Shown piece after piece: positions 29,199-39,679 of a DNA stretch of 64,000 nt; position 1 is the first letter of the stretch; each line of letters opens with the position of its first letter. The notes beneath the pieces were generated by a model that did not search any database, was not told the DNA's origin, and saw nothing but the letters and a program-made list of their open reading frames with translations. A program made the position numbers and the translations under genes. Source of the stretch: an uncultured Chloroflexia bacterium. Its GTDB lineage: Bacteria > Chloroflexota > Anaerolineae > JAAYZQ01. The stretch spans positions 1,184,001 through 1,248,000 of the forward strand of contig CAVOXA010000001.1 of assembly GCA_963700285.1 (NCBI GenBank). Direction: 5' to 3'.

Positions 29199-30338
29199 CT
29201 ACTCAATTTGGAGGTCGATCAGGACTGGCCCTGAGGATGCATACGCGCGAGCAATGACTGATTCAGCCTCTCGCCGGTTCCTGGCCAGCAGTCCGGGAAT
29301 ACCGTAGGCTTCCGCCAACCTGACAAAGTCCGGTCCCACCAGCCCGTTGCCGGGGAATGCCTCTCTGGTAGAGGGAGTTGTTGCCGTGGCTTCGGCAGCC
29401 GTGTGGCCTCTATTTACAACTGCGATCCGAATGGCGATGCTTTCCTGGACGACAGTTGCCAGTTCCTGTAGGGTAGCCTGAAAACCATCGTTGCCAGCCA
29501 GTGCCCATACCTGCTCGTGGGGCAGGGCCATCTGTGCACCGATGGCGGCTGGAAGCGCAAATCCCTTTGTCGCCAGGCTCCCCAGCCCGAGCAGGGATCG
29601 TGGACCGCGAGTCTCAAGAGCGGGTATGTCGCCCATGGGATCGGCCACCAAGACGATTTCTCCCCGCGTAATGTTGCAGATCTGGAGTGCCACAGCCCGA
29701 AGCATGCCACTGCCGCTTTCCATTTGCGCGACCGGCCGTCTCCGCCACTGATCTTCGCAGACTCTGTCGGATGAGCAAGGTTGTTCCACAGGTGCGTATT
29801 CCGAGGAATGGATCTGTGCTGGATGAGAGTACTCGCACTTGTCTGTCTGCACGTCATTGGCAACCACAACCAGTACGGGGCCTGGCTGGCCGGTCCGAGC
29901 GATGTGGAATGCCTCTTTCATGACTTGAGGGACCTCGTGTGCGGCCGTTACAAGATAGTTGTGCTTGGTAATGGGTTCGGTGAGCGACACGATGTCGACC
30001 TCTTGGAAGGCATCGGTGCCCAGTACTCTCAAGGGGGACTGTCCGCACAGGGCTACGATGGGGGACCTGGCCATGTAGGCGGTTGCTAAACCCGTTGCCA
30101 GGTTCGTCGCACCGGGTCCAGAGGTAGTCAAGCAGACGCCAACGTCTCCTGTCGCACGAGCATAGCCGTCGGCCGCGTGGATTGCTCCCTGTTCGTGGCG
30201 CACCAGCACGTGATGGATGGGATAATCCGCCAGCGAATGGTACAGTGGGATGACCGAACCACCAGGGATGCCAAAGACAGTGCCAACTCTTTCGCGGAGG
30301 AGGCTCTCGCACACGAGTTGAGCCCCAGTCTTTAGCAT
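29199..30338 (-). CDS. ilvB: Acetolactate synthase large subunit-like protein lacking the central domain (possible pseudogene)
   Basis: FGIPGG, RHEQGA.HAADGYAR, TSGPGATN and DAFQE are intact; only 379 aa, and the ThDP motif is degenerate (AGNDG...VVNRG). Confidence 0.7.
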   Translation of the reverse strand: MLKTGAQLVCESLLRERVGTVFGIPGGSVIPLYHSLADYPIHHVLVRHEQGAIHAADGYARATGDVGVCLTTSGPGATNLATGLATAYMARSPIVALCGQSPLRVLGTDAFQEVDIVSLTEPITKHNYLVTAAHEVPQVMKEAFHIARTGQPGPVLVVVANDVQTDKCEYSHPAQIHSSEYAPVEQPCSSDRVCEDQWRRRPVAQMESGSGMLRAVALQICNITRGEIVLVADPMGDIPALETRGPRSLLGLGSLATKGFALPAAIGAQMALPHEQVWALAGNDGFQATLQELATVVQESIAIRIAVVNRGHTAAEATATTPSTREAFPGNGLVGPDFVRLAEAYGIPGLLARNRREAESVIARAYASSGPVLIDLQIE

Positions 30339-30354
30339 CGCGCGCTCCGGTCTC

Positions 30355-31143
30355 TTACTTGCTCAATACCATACCCGTGGGGTCGATCTCCTGGAGGAGC
30401 GTGCGCTCTTCTAGAGTCGGTGGCTCTGACTCCGGTACCCGGCCCTTGACCAAGATCTCGAACTGGCTGTTGGCCTGGACGTCGTTCAGGCTTACGCCCG
30501 GGTGCAGGGCGAGCAGTTCAAGCCTCTTGCTCTCCTCCTCAAAGCCATAGACTCCCAGTTGCGTGATCACCCGGTAGGGTCCGCAGTCTGCCGGCAAGCC
30601 AGCCCGCTCCCGGCTGCCGGGCCCATCCAGATAGCCCGGCGTCGTCAGAAAGTCCAGCTCGTTGACAAAGGTCCGCGTGCTCTGATTGCGCATAACGTAA
30701 ATAGTCCGCCAGCAGAAAGAACCCAGATCGTTCGCCCCTCCGGAACCGGGCAGCCGTACCTTGGGCCGGTCCCAATCGCCGATGACGGTGGTATTGATGT
30801 TGCCGTAGGCGTCCATAGCTGCGGCGCCCAGAAAGCCATAGTCAATGTAGCCTGCCTGCGCCGCCGACATGATGTCGTGCATCGTCGTGGCCACCAACGC
30901 CCTGTGAAAGGTGCGCGAATCCCCCACCGAAACAGGCAGAGATGGCAATTGGGGACCCATGCCGCCTGCCTCAAAGACCATCATGATGTTGGGCGCATGG
31001 AGGCGTTGGGCAAGCATGGTGGCGGTCATTGGCAACCCCGTGCCAACAAAGACGGCTCGATTGTCTTCCAGCATCCGGGCGGCTACGCAGCACAGCAATT
31101 CTGCGAGGGTATAGTCTCCGCCTGACCCGTTATTTGGTACCAT
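30355..31143 (-). CDS. Family I CoA-transferase subunit B (glutaconate/3-oxoadipate CoA-transferase-like)
   Basis: FVGTGLP, FEAG, GFLGAA.MD.YGNINTT, RLPGSGGAND and DFLTTPG motifs. Confidence 0.9.
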   Translation of the reverse strand: MVPNNGSGGDYTLAELLCCVAARMLEDNRAVFVGTGLPMTATMLAQRLHAPNIMMVFEAGGMGPQLPSLPVSVGDSRTFHRALVATTMHDIMSAAQAGYIDYGFLGAAAMDAYGNINTTVIGDWDRPKVRLPGSGGANDLGSFCWRTIYVMRNQSTRTFVNELDFLTTPGYLDGPGSRERAGLPADCGPYRVITQLGVYGFEEESKRLELLALHPGVSLNDVQANSQFEILVKGRVPESEPPTLEERTLLQEIDPTGMVLSK

Positions 31144-31159
31144 TATCTGTCTCCTCCCC

Positions 31160-32167
31160 CTACAGTCTTCCCTTGCCGCCTTTTTCGATGGCTGCCAGTT
31201 CTTCCAGCCGCTTCATGCCGCCCACAAGATCCAAATAGCCCCCAAAGTCTGCTACGCTATGTATGTACCTGTCCATGTACTCCTGAGCGCCCTCAGGGGT
31301 TTTGCTCAGGCTCAACCATTCGCCGATGTGCTCTTCGTCAAAGAAGTAACGGTAGGGCATCTGGCCTGGATGGCCACCAAAGGGCACCTCGCACACGGCG
31401 TCCACCACGTAAAAGGGCACCACGGTTCGGTCTGGCTGGCGCCGGATCTCTTCCTCGTCAATGATATCCTCGGCGGTGACGATGACGCGCCGCCCAGCCC
31501 GGGCCAGCTCCACATCTTCCATAGGAATACCGTCGATCTGGGCGTTGCCGAATCGGTCGCATCGCGGAACGTGCAAGAGAGCCACGTCAGGATAAGCGGC
31601 CGGGATCAGGGTCACTGGTTTCTCGCTCCAGGGATCTTGGATTACGATGGCCGAGCTTTTCTCAAAGGTATCGGTGCCGGCCAGGCTGCGGACAGGGATG
31701 AAGGGAATGCCCATCATCCCTGCCAGGAAGCGCCACTGATAGGTGCCGTTGGACAATTCCCCGATCACCCTCACAGTGCCGTTTTCCACCGCGCGCCGGC
31801 CCGAGGGCGAGAGCCCGCGTAGCTCGTGTCCAAAGGCGTAGGCGCACTCAACTCTGCTAACGCAGCCGGCTCCAATCATCACATCAATGTCATGTACCGC
31901 CGTTTTGCCCGCTACGGCCAGGTCCCGGCGGCCCTGGCGGATGATCTCATAGATCACGGCCATGGGCACGCGAACGTGGCCAAAACCGCCGATGGCGACA
32001 AAGTCGCCATCGTGAACAAATCGCTCGACAGCCTCGCGCACTGTCATCCGCTTGTCGACAAGCCCCCTGGGCTTTTGGTCGCGTACCCAGGCCCGATGCT
32101 CATCGGGGTCGTGCCATCCTATCAGTTCCCCCTGGCCTTGCTTCAGGATCCTGATGCTATCTGTCAT
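31160..32167 (-). CDS. Family I CoA-transferase subunit A
   Basis: EAVERFVHDGD.VAIGGF, GIPFIP.RSL.GTD, PDVALLH...D.FGNA and VDAVCEVPFGGHP motifs. Confidence 0.9.
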   Translation of the reverse strand: MTDSIRILKQGQGELIGWHDPDEHRAWVRDQKPRGLVDKRMTVREAVERFVHDGDFVAIGGFGHVRVPMAVIYEIIRQGRRDLAVAGKTAVHDIDVMIGAGCVSRVECAYAFGHELRGLSPSGRRAVENGTVRVIGELSNGTYQWRFLAGMMGIPFIPVRSLAGTDTFEKSSAIVIQDPWSEKPVTLIPAAYPDVALLHVPRCDRFGNAQIDGIPMEDVELARAGRRVIVTAEDIIDEEEIRRQPDRTVVPFYVVDAVCEVPFGGHPGQMPYRYFFDEEHIGEWLSLSKTPEGAQEYMDRYIHSVADFGGYLDLVGGMKRLEELAAIEKGGKGRL

Positions 32168-32273
32168 GGATGTGCCTCTTTCTCCCTCTTTCCTTTCCTC
32201 AACTGACTTTCCGTAAGCGACTCTCTTCTCCCTACCGAACTATGTCCTGAGATATCGGTGATTGCCACCATGA

Positions 32274-33239
32274 TCAGTACTGGCTGGGTGACGCTGACAG
32301 ATCCAGCATCTCGCGGGCCTGTGCTGGTGTAGCGATCTCCCTGTTCAGTTCCCGCGCAATGCGTACCACGCGCTGTACTGCCTCGACGTTGCTCTCCAGG
32401 AGCCGCCCCCGTTTGTAGTATACGTTGTCCTCCATACCCACGCGCACCATCTGCGCCCCCAGGATCATGGCCAGGCTGGTCATGGGCAGTTGGAAGGGGC
32501 CAACGCCTGACACTTCGACCACGCACCGGGATGGCAGTTGTTCAAAAAAGTTGACGAGGTTACCTGGAGTGGCCCAGGGCGACATGCCATAGCCCATCAC
32601 AAACTGGATCAGGTACGGTGGGGCTACCAGGCCTTGTTCCATCAGATCAAAGACGCTCCACAGTTGCCCGGGGTGGTAGACTTCCATCTCGGGCTTGATG
32701 TTGCGTTCTCGCATGGCTTGGGCAAAGCGCTGCAGTTCCCTGTGGGTGATGGGTAGAGTCCCGCTCAACTCCTGGGCAGGTCGCGGGTGGGGCAGGGGTG
32801 CCTTTCGCTCCTTGAGCCTGATCTTGTACATATCCGGCCCCATATTCAGTGTGGCGACCTCTGGCGCTGCGTCCAGGCAGGCCACCCGGTCCTCGACGGA
32901 CATACCGAAAGAGCCGCCGGTGGTATTGTTGATGATAATCTCGGGACACGCGTCGCGGATCAGGGCATGGACCTTGCGGTACTGCGCCACGTCGCCTGAA
33001 CCGTCCCACCACTTTTCGGGGTCGCGCACGTGCAGATGCACCATGGAGGCACCGGCCCGGTAGCAGGCCAGGGTTTGCTCCACCTGCTCCTCCGGCGTCT
33101 CGGGCAGGTTGGGGTTTGCTTCCTTGCCCTGGACGCCGCCGGTGATGGCGACGGTGATGGCCAGCGGAGGAAAACTGGATCTGCGTACTCTCTCGAGCCA
33201 TTCGTAGGGATTGTAATAGTCCCAGACGTAATTCTGCAT
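32274..33239 (-). CDS. Beta-keto acid cleavage enzyme (BKACE/DUF849, Kce-like)
   Basis: ITVAITGG...NPNLPETPEE, AGASMVHLHVRD, NNTTGG, LNMG, KPEME and VRVGMEDN motifs. Confidence 0.9.
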   Translation of the reverse strand: MQNYVWDYYNPYEWLERVRRSSFPPLAITVAITGGVQGKEANPNLPETPEEQVEQTLACYRAGASMVHLHVRDPEKWWDGSGDVAQYRKVHALIRDACPEIIINNTTGGSFGMSVEDRVACLDAAPEVATLNMGPDMYKIRLKERKAPLPHPRPAQELSGTLPITHRELQRFAQAMRERNIKPEMEVYHPGQLWSVFDLMEQGLVAPPYLIQFVMGYGMSPWATPGNLVNFFEQLPSRCVVEVSGVGPFQLPMTSLAMILGAQMVRVGMEDNVYYKRGRLLESNVEAVQRVVRIARELNREIATPAQAREMLDLSASPSQY

Positions 33240-33312
33240 CGTTGCACGCTCCAATGCCTTCAGTTTTACTCTGGTACAGGTCCCCAGGACCAGAGGCGCA
33301 CGCAGTCTGCGG

Positions 33313-33342
33313 TAGTATAACGGCAGAGACCCATCCGGTCAA
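33313..33342 (-). promoter_or_regulatory. Sigma-70-type promoter of the BKACE/CoA-transferase operon
   Basis: Minus strand TTGACC-N17-TATACT. Confidence 0.55.
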
Positions 33343-33446
33343 GATGGCAGCATCATTGATTCGGTGCGCCTGGCAACCGGCTGCTGCGATCTAGAAATCC
33401 GCGGTTGGTGTGCTGCTCCCCTAAAAGGCATCATCGGCTGCCGCCA

Positions 33447-34608
33447 TCAGGCGCGACCAAAATCCAGGTAGCGGACGCCATCCAGCCGGTACAACCACTT
33501 GGTCCAGCGGCCTTCGCGACCGATACAGCGAAAGTAGGGCGGATCAAAAGCACGTACCAGGTCTCCGATCCGGTAGCGGGGCAGGACCGGAGTGGACACG
33601 ATCAGGCTGCCATACTCCCCGGGCCTCATCTCGTGCAGCATCTTGACCGTCCCTGATTCTAGAAGAACCTCAAAGACGTACAGGTCATAGTTGGGCACCA
33701 AAAGCTGGCGCTCGTCGAGTTGCTGGGCAAAGGCACCCTCGGTGGCGATGTACATCTCTACCACGTCCACGGTGCCGTACAGAGCGCGCAATGCCGGTTC
33801 GTATTGGGTGTGGATGCCCGGCACGCTGGTGGCAGCAATGGCGCGCATGGACCAGATATCCTTGGGCAGCACGCGGTGGTGGCGTTGGAGGTAGTGTCCG
33901 AACTCGAGGATGGAAGGGCAGACCCCGGCGCACATGGTGATGGAAGCATCTTTGGTGCGCTGGTAGACCCACTCGAAGCGACGCTGCCAGGCGCTGGGCG
34001 TGTTTCCCCCGCCCAGGGCATCGATCTCTTCCTGGGGCGGCAGGATCTCGACGGGGGTGGCCTCAGCCGCGTGCCGGACATAGATGCCGGAACTGAAGCC
34101 GTAGGGTACTTGCTGACCATCCACCTCCATCGTTCCTACCACGGAAGGGTAGTTGAGGTTGAGGCTGTAGCCCTCGATGGCATCAAGCTGGTCCGTCCGC
34201 AACAGGTGGTTGAGGAGGCCACGGGCGGCGGCCACTCGGATGCCCAGATCGGTCTCAGTGATGGGAATACGCTTGGGCGTGCCGCGCGTGGTACCCCGGG
34301 TCATGGCCCAGGCAACCGGTGGTTCTGGCAGCAGGGCCTCAATCTCGCCAGCAATGACCCTGTCGATCCAGGGCTTGACCTCAGTCATAGGTGACGATGG
34401 GGAAGGCGCTGCGGTATGCCTCAAAGAGGAGGGGTGGATCGCCGGCCAGGTCCGGAAGCCCGGCGGCGCCGTACTGCTGGCCGTACGTCGTTTTGGCATA
34501 GCCCTCGAGCAGCCACGCCAGGGTCTGGGCCTGGGTTTGAGCTGGATTCTTCAGTCCCTTGTGCCACAATTCGACAAAGAGCTGGATGAACTCCCGATAC
34601 TCCTCCAT
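33447..34608 (-). CDS. GH3 family (acyl acid-amido synthetase-like) protein, frameshift near 34383
   Basis: NPAQTQ..TL...YG...FPIVTYD, then (shifted) EVKPWIDRV..GE...MTRGTT.G.PKRIP, EMYIATEG and LPRYRIGDLV. Confidence 0.8.
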
Positions 34609-34862
34609 CCTTCATTTTCTCCAAGCGGATTCGATTTGTATCGCTGTTCAGATTCTACCACATCGGGCTGGCGAGGGCAAGGTCATCGTCGAGCTCAGAT
34701 TTCCATTGGGTATGAGTATTAGGGATGCCAGGTCTGTCTGCAGGGTACAGACCCGTGACGGCGCCGTCAAGATAGGCGGAGGCTTGACGCCGGATCCGAC
34801 CTGTGGTAGGATAGATCCGTCCATGCGCTCATCGTAGCCGATCCAAGATCTGGAGGTCGACA

Positions 34863-36530
34863 GTGTTGGGAATTGAGGCCTTTTTGGAAATCCTCGCCGC
34901 TTCTGGCGTGGAGTACATATTTGGCAATCCGGGCTCGACCGAACTGCCCCTCAGCGATGCTCTGGCCCGGGATCCACGCTTTGAGTATATCTTTGGCCTG
35001 CACGAAGGGCCCCTGACTGCCATGGGCGATGGCTATGCCATGGCTTCGGGCAAACCAGGTGTGGTCTGCGTGCACATTTCCTGCGGCGTGGGCAATTCCA
35101 TGGGCATGCTCTACAACGCCTACAGCGCCGGTTCGCCGCTCCTGCTCGTCGCCGGCCAGCAGGACCGGCGCCTGCGGCTGGGAGAGCCGGTACTGGCGGG
35201 TGAGACCGTGGAGGTGACGCGTCCCTGGACCAAGTGGTCGTACGAGGTTCAGCGCGTCGAGGATGTGCCGCTAGCTGTGCGCCGGGCTGTGCAAGCGGCG
35301 CTGACGCCACCCACGGGACCGGTCTTTCTGTCGCTGCCGGTCGATGTCCAGCTCGAGCTTGCGCAAGGGCTCGAGCTGAGCCCGCCGTACATTCCCGACC
35401 GCCGAATCAGACCGCCGTCGGATGCCCTGCGCCAGGCCGCAGAGCTGCTGGCCCAGGCCCGAAACCCGGCCATCCTGGCCGGCAGCAGGGTGACCGAGGC
35501 GGGTGCTGTGCCCGAGTTGGTCTCGCTGGCCGAGCAGCTCGGTGCGCCTGTGCTGGCCGAACAGCAGACTTCTCACGCGCGGCTGCCCATGCCGGCTGAC
35601 CATCCCCTCTATGCGGGCGGCCTGCCTCTGTGGGGACCGCAGGTTCACGAGACTCTGTCGGAATTCGACACAATCCTGGTGGTAGGCATGGATCTGTTGC
35701 GCCTCTACATCCACCAGGAGCCGCCACGGCCCATGCCGGAACAGGCGCGCTTGATCCACCTGGACGCGGATCCCTGGCAGATAGGCAAGAACTATCCGGT
35801 GGAAGTAGGTCTGGTGGGCGACCCGAAGGCCGGTCTGGCGGAGCTGGCTCGGTGCCTGACGAAGCTTCTTTCAGCGGAGCAGAACCAGGCGGCTGCCGAG
35901 CGCCTGGGAGCGCACGCCGCCCGGCGCAAGGCCGAGCACGAGGCGCTGTGCTCCGAGATCGACAGACAGTGGGATCTGCAGCCCATGACGCCCTACGCCT
36001 TTATGGGCGCGCTGTGCCGTGTCCTGCCGCCGGACGCAGCAGTGGTGGAGGAAGCCGTTACCACGCACCAGTACCTGCTGGAGAGGCTGGGCGTGCTGAA
36101 GGATCCCAGTGGCTATTTCGGCCACCGCGGCTGGGCCCTGGGCTGGGGGCTGGGTTGTGCCATAGGCGTCAAGCTGGCCTGGCCTGACCGGCCGGCTGTG
36201 GCCCTGTCCGGCGATGGTGCGGCGATGTATGGCATCCAGGCGCTTTGGACGGCGGCCCATCACCGCATCCCGGTGGTGTTTATCATCGCTAACAACGCCC
36301 AGTACAAGATCCTGAAGGTAAGCGGCGACGTGATGCAGTTGCCCCAGATGGTCCAAAAAAACTACCTGGCCATGGACCTGGTTGGACCGGAGATCGATTT
36401 CGTGGGCCTGGCCCGCTCTCTGGGCGTCCAAGCCCTGCGGGTGAGCAGGCCGGATGATCTAAGTGACAGCGTTCGCGACGCGTTTGAAGGCACCGAGCCG
36501 GTCCTGCTGGATGTGATCGTCGACCGCTGA
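34863..36530 (+). CDS. ThDP-dependent enzyme, benzoylformate decarboxylase-like
   Basis: 555 aa; IFGNPGSTELP, LHEG...MGDGYA, GPVFLSLP, LGWGLG and GDGAAMYG...NNAQY motifs. Confidence 0.9.
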   Translation: MLGIEAFLEILAASGVEYIFGNPGSTELPLSDALARDPRFEYIFGLHEGPLTAMGDGYAMASGKPGVVCVHISCGVGNSMGMLYNAYSAGSPLLLVAGQQDRRLRLGEPVLAGETVEVTRPWTKWSYEVQRVEDVPLAVRRAVQAALTPPTGPVFLSLPVDVQLELAQGLELSPPYIPDRRIRPPSDALRQAAELLAQARNPAILAGSRVTEAGAVPELVSLAEQLGAPVLAEQQTSHARLPMPADHPLYAGGLPLWGPQVHETLSEFDTILVVGMDLLRLYIHQEPPRPMPEQARLIHLDADPWQIGKNYPVEVGLVGDPKAGLAELARCLTKLLSAEQNQAAAERLGAHAARRKAEHEALCSEIDRQWDLQPMTPYAFMGALCRVLPPDAAVVEEAVTTHQYLLERLGVLKDPSGYFGHRGWALGWGLGCAIGVKLAWPDRPAVALSGDGAAMYGIQALWTAAHHRIPVVFIIANNAQYKILKVSGDVMQLPQMVQKNYLAMDLVGPEIDFVGLARSLGVQALRVSRPDDLSDSVRDAFEGTEPVLLDVIVDR

Positions 36531-36728
36531 TTACCTTGCTGCCGGAGAAGCCAGCGGCCCGGATCCGGTTGTGGTCCTGAACTTTGGCGACTAGGCGACT
36601 GCGGAGAGGACCAACGAAAGCATGACGTAGCATATCCCGCCGGCTGTGGACCTGCGGCAGCGTGTGGTCGATGGGGTCCAATCTGATGCCGCGAACGGAC
36701 GGAAACAAAACAGCAGTTGGAGCGAGCT

Positions 36729-38789
36729 ATGGAACAACGGCTGCTAGCGATCGCCAAGAAGCTCGGGTTTGAGCCCGAGACCCCGAGCGAACTCGATCGG
36801 GCAGCTATTGCCTGGGGCCTCTTTGGCGTTCTCTATTCGGTACCGTTGGTGCTCGCCGGCCTCGCGTGGCTTGTTGCTGTCACTGATGTGAGCCTACTAC
36901 TCGCTGAATGGCCGACCTGCCTGGTTCTGTGTGTATTCCTCTTTCTGTTCAAGCGGCTCAGGTTCTTCTTTTTCATCGAGTCGCCTGGAAACGAGCAGAC
37001 CAGATTCAACAGCACATTCGAACCCATCGTCATCTGGTCGGCAGTCCTGATATTCGGCCCTTCCTTGCTGTGGATAGCTGTTTTTCTAGATACGCTGGCC
37101 TACGGCCGCCGCGTGCGCCGGGCGGCAAGTGGCGTGGGCCGCTGGGATTATCTCCGCAACCTTCTGCACAACCTTGCGAGCACTACGCTGGTCAGTTTGG
37201 TCGCTCTAGACCTCTATGGGCGCTGGGGCGGCGCCATCCCCTTCCCTGGCTTGACGCTTGCGGCCGTAATGCCCGCTGTCCTGGCGACTCTGGCCCATGT
37301 GGGCCTGCAGGCGCTTATCTATGCACCCCTCTTGTTGTATGTCGCGGTGGGCTGGTCGCCGGTGTTTCGCCGGGAGCCGGGCTGGCTGAGTACGCTGACC
37401 TGGGGTTTCGGTATTACCCTTGGGGCCACAGGCTTGATCGAGCTCTTTGCCATTCTGGCGGCAGGCCTGTACGTCGACAATGGCCCCGGTGTCTATTTTG
37501 CCTTTCTTACTGGCCTGCTACTGGTGAGTTGGCTGGCATTTCGGCTGAGCATGTACCTGGAGCGCAGCCAGCAACGATCGCGCGAACTGGAGAGATTGGA
37601 GGAGCTGGGGCGCGCCATCTTGAGAGCGCCGCCGGACGCCTCCACGCTGCCTGACTTGCTGGACGAGCACGCCGGCAGCATGTTCCTGCGCAGCCAGATA
37701 GAGATTCGCCTCTATCCCGATGGGACGCTGTTGCACAGCCCTGATAACTGGCCACCGGTCGGTGATCTAGTCTGGGAGTGGCTTCGAGCAAACCCTGAGT
37801 CGCGTTCCTATCTGCCAGGTTCCAACCTTCCCTGGGATGAACAGGTGGACCACAACGCTGGGCTGGCCCTGGCCCCGATCTTTGAAGCCGACAGTGGGGG
37901 CGAGGCGCCATTGCCACCCATCGGAGGCATCTATCTGCTTCGAGATCAAGACCCTGTGGATGTGGCCAGCCTGCTGCCGGCCCTGCAGTCGCTGGCCGCC
38001 CAGATTGCCTCCGCGCTGCACAGGGCCGAGGTGGTCCGCATCGAGCAAGAATTGGCTGTCGCCGGCCGGATCCAGGCTAGTTTCCTGCCAGAGAGCTTGC
38101 CGCAGATCCCCGGCTGGAAGTTGGCAGCGGCCTTGGAGCCGGCTCGAGAGACCTCGGGTGATTTCTACGACGTCATCCCGCTTCCGAATGGCCGCTGGGG
38201 GCTCCTGGTGGCCGACGTGGCCGACAAGGGCACCGGGGCAGCGCTGTATATGGCCCTGAGCCGGACGCTGATCCGTACCTTTGCTGTAGAATACCCCCAT
38301 CAGCCTGATCTCGCGCTGGGAGCCGCCAACCGGCGCATCCTGGCCGATGCGAGCGCCGATCTCTTTGTCACGGTCTTTTACGGAGTCTTGGATCCGGGTT
38401 CAGGCATGCTGACCTACTGTAACGCAGGCCACAATCCACCCTTTCTGCTGGGAGAAGAGCCTGGCGCGCGGAACTGGGCTCTGACCGGAACAGGACTCCC
38501 GTTGGGGGTACTGGAGGAAGAGATCTGGGAGCCGCGCTCCGTCCGGCTCGATGGAGGGAGCACCCTGGTATTGTACACGGACGGCGTAACTGAGACAGGG
38601 GATCCCCAGGAAGAGATGTTTGGTAAGGAACGGCTGCTCGGGGTCCTGAAAGCAGCCCAGGGGGCCAGCGCACAGGGGATCCTGGACACTGTACTGAGCG
38701 CAGTGCATGAATTCGCAGCTGATTCACCCCACTCTCAGCACGATGATATCACCATCATGGTTCTGGTCCGCGGCACGCCACAGGGTTGA
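36729..38789 (+). CDS. Membrane-bound PP2C/SpoIIE (RsbU-like) phosphatase
   Basis: Multi-TM N-terminus, GAF-like middle, IQASFLP, SGDFYD, ADVADKG, NAGHNPP, LYTDGVTE and DDIT motifs. Confidence 0.92.
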   Translation: MEQRLLAIAKKLGFEPETPSELDRAAIAWGLFGVLYSVPLVLAGLAWLVAVTDVSLLLAEWPTCLVLCVFLFLFKRLRFFFFIESPGNEQTRFNSTFEPIVIWSAVLIFGPSLLWIAVFLDTLAYGRRVRRAASGVGRWDYLRNLLHNLASTTLVSLVALDLYGRWGGAIPFPGLTLAAVMPAVLATLAHVGLQALIYAPLLLYVAVGWSPVFRREPGWLSTLTWGFGITLGATGLIELFAILAAGLYVDNGPGVYFAFLTGLLLVSWLAFRLSMYLERSQQRSRELERLEELGRAILRAPPDASTLPDLLDEHAGSMFLRSQIEIRLYPDGTLLHSPDNWPPVGDLVWEWLRANPESRSYLPGSNLPWDEQVDHNAGLALAPIFEADSGGEAPLPPIGGIYLLRDQDPVDVASLLPALQSLAAQIASALHRAEVVRIEQELAVAGRIQASFLPESLPQIPGWKLAAALEPARETSGDFYDVIPLPNGRWGLLVADVADKGTGAALYMALSRTLIRTFAVEYPHQPDLALGAANRRILADASADLFVTVFYGVLDPGSGMLTYCNAGHNPPFLLGEEPGARNWALTGTGLPLGVLEEEIWEPRSVRLDGGSTLVLYTDGVTETGDPQEEMFGKERLLGVLKAAQGASAQGILDTVLSAVHEFAADSPHSQHDDITIMVLVRGTPQG

Positions 38790-38924
38790 GGCTTGCCCGG
38801 TGCTGGCTCGCATCGAACCTCGGACTGCGCGAGCCGTGTGAAAAGTGACGTTGAGTCCATAGTCCGAGTGTCTGTTTAGAGTAAACTCGTGATGGCCCCG
38901 TAGGGGGCAAGGAGGTCAGAAAGC

Positions 38925-39629
38925 ATGCGATCAAGAACGATAAGGCAAGCGATCGTCCTGGGCGGATTCTTGGTTCTCGCCGGTATTCTGTTGCTGCTCC
39001 AGACCTTTGTCGATCTAAGCGCCTGGCTCTGGTTTGCCCTGATGGCTGTCGGGGGGCTGGTTGCTCTGGTTCTGTACCTTGCAGACCGTTCCGACCTGGC
39101 GATGCTCATCACGGCCTACGTGCTGTTGGCCATTGCCGGGTTGGTGGCCCTGATAATGCTTAACGTCCTGCGCGATGAGGGCGTGGCTGCCTATGTCCTT
39201 ACGGCCGTTGCTGTGCCCTTCCTGGCGGTATATGGGCGCGACCGGCAGCAGTGGTGGGCACTCATACCGGCCTACGTTCTGCTAGCCCTGGCTTTGATGA
39301 TCGGCCTGATGGGGCTCGGGATCCTGGCAGAGCTCCTGGTTCCGGCCTATGTCATGTTTGCCATCGCCATCCCCTTCTTTGCGGTGTATGTCTGGGATCG
39401 CAGGCGGTGGTGGGCGCTGATCCCCGCTGGGATCCTGGCCGCTGTGGGCCTTTTTTTGTCTATTGCCGAAGGCTTGTTCCCATACGTCGTACCCCTTCTC
39501 CTGGTTCTTGTGGGTCTCTCGATCCTGGTACGGGCCTTTGTCCGCCGCGCGCCTGCAGATGGTGCGGGTCTGTCCACCCCGGAAGCGCTGCCGCAGACGG
39601 ATAAGGAAGCGGGGGGCCGGGAGGGATGA
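38925..39629 (+). CDS. Integral membrane protein with repeated WWALIPA segments
   Basis: 234-aa hydrophobic ORF with AGGAGG RBS. Confidence 0.75.
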   Translation: MRSRTIRQAIVLGGFLVLAGILLLLQTFVDLSAWLWFALMAVGGLVALVLYLADRSDLAMLITAYVLLAIAGLVALIMLNVLRDEGVAAYVLTAVAVPFLAVYGRDRQQWWALIPAYVLLALALMIGLMGLGILAELLVPAYVMFAIAIPFFAVYVWDRRRWWALIPAGILAAVGLFLSIAEGLFPYVVPLLLVLVGLSILVRAFVRRAPADGAGLSTPEALPQTDKEAGGREG

Positions 39630-39679
39630 CCTCAGGGAACCTTCCATTCGGCCCGGAGCCATGCAGGTTGCTACCGCTT

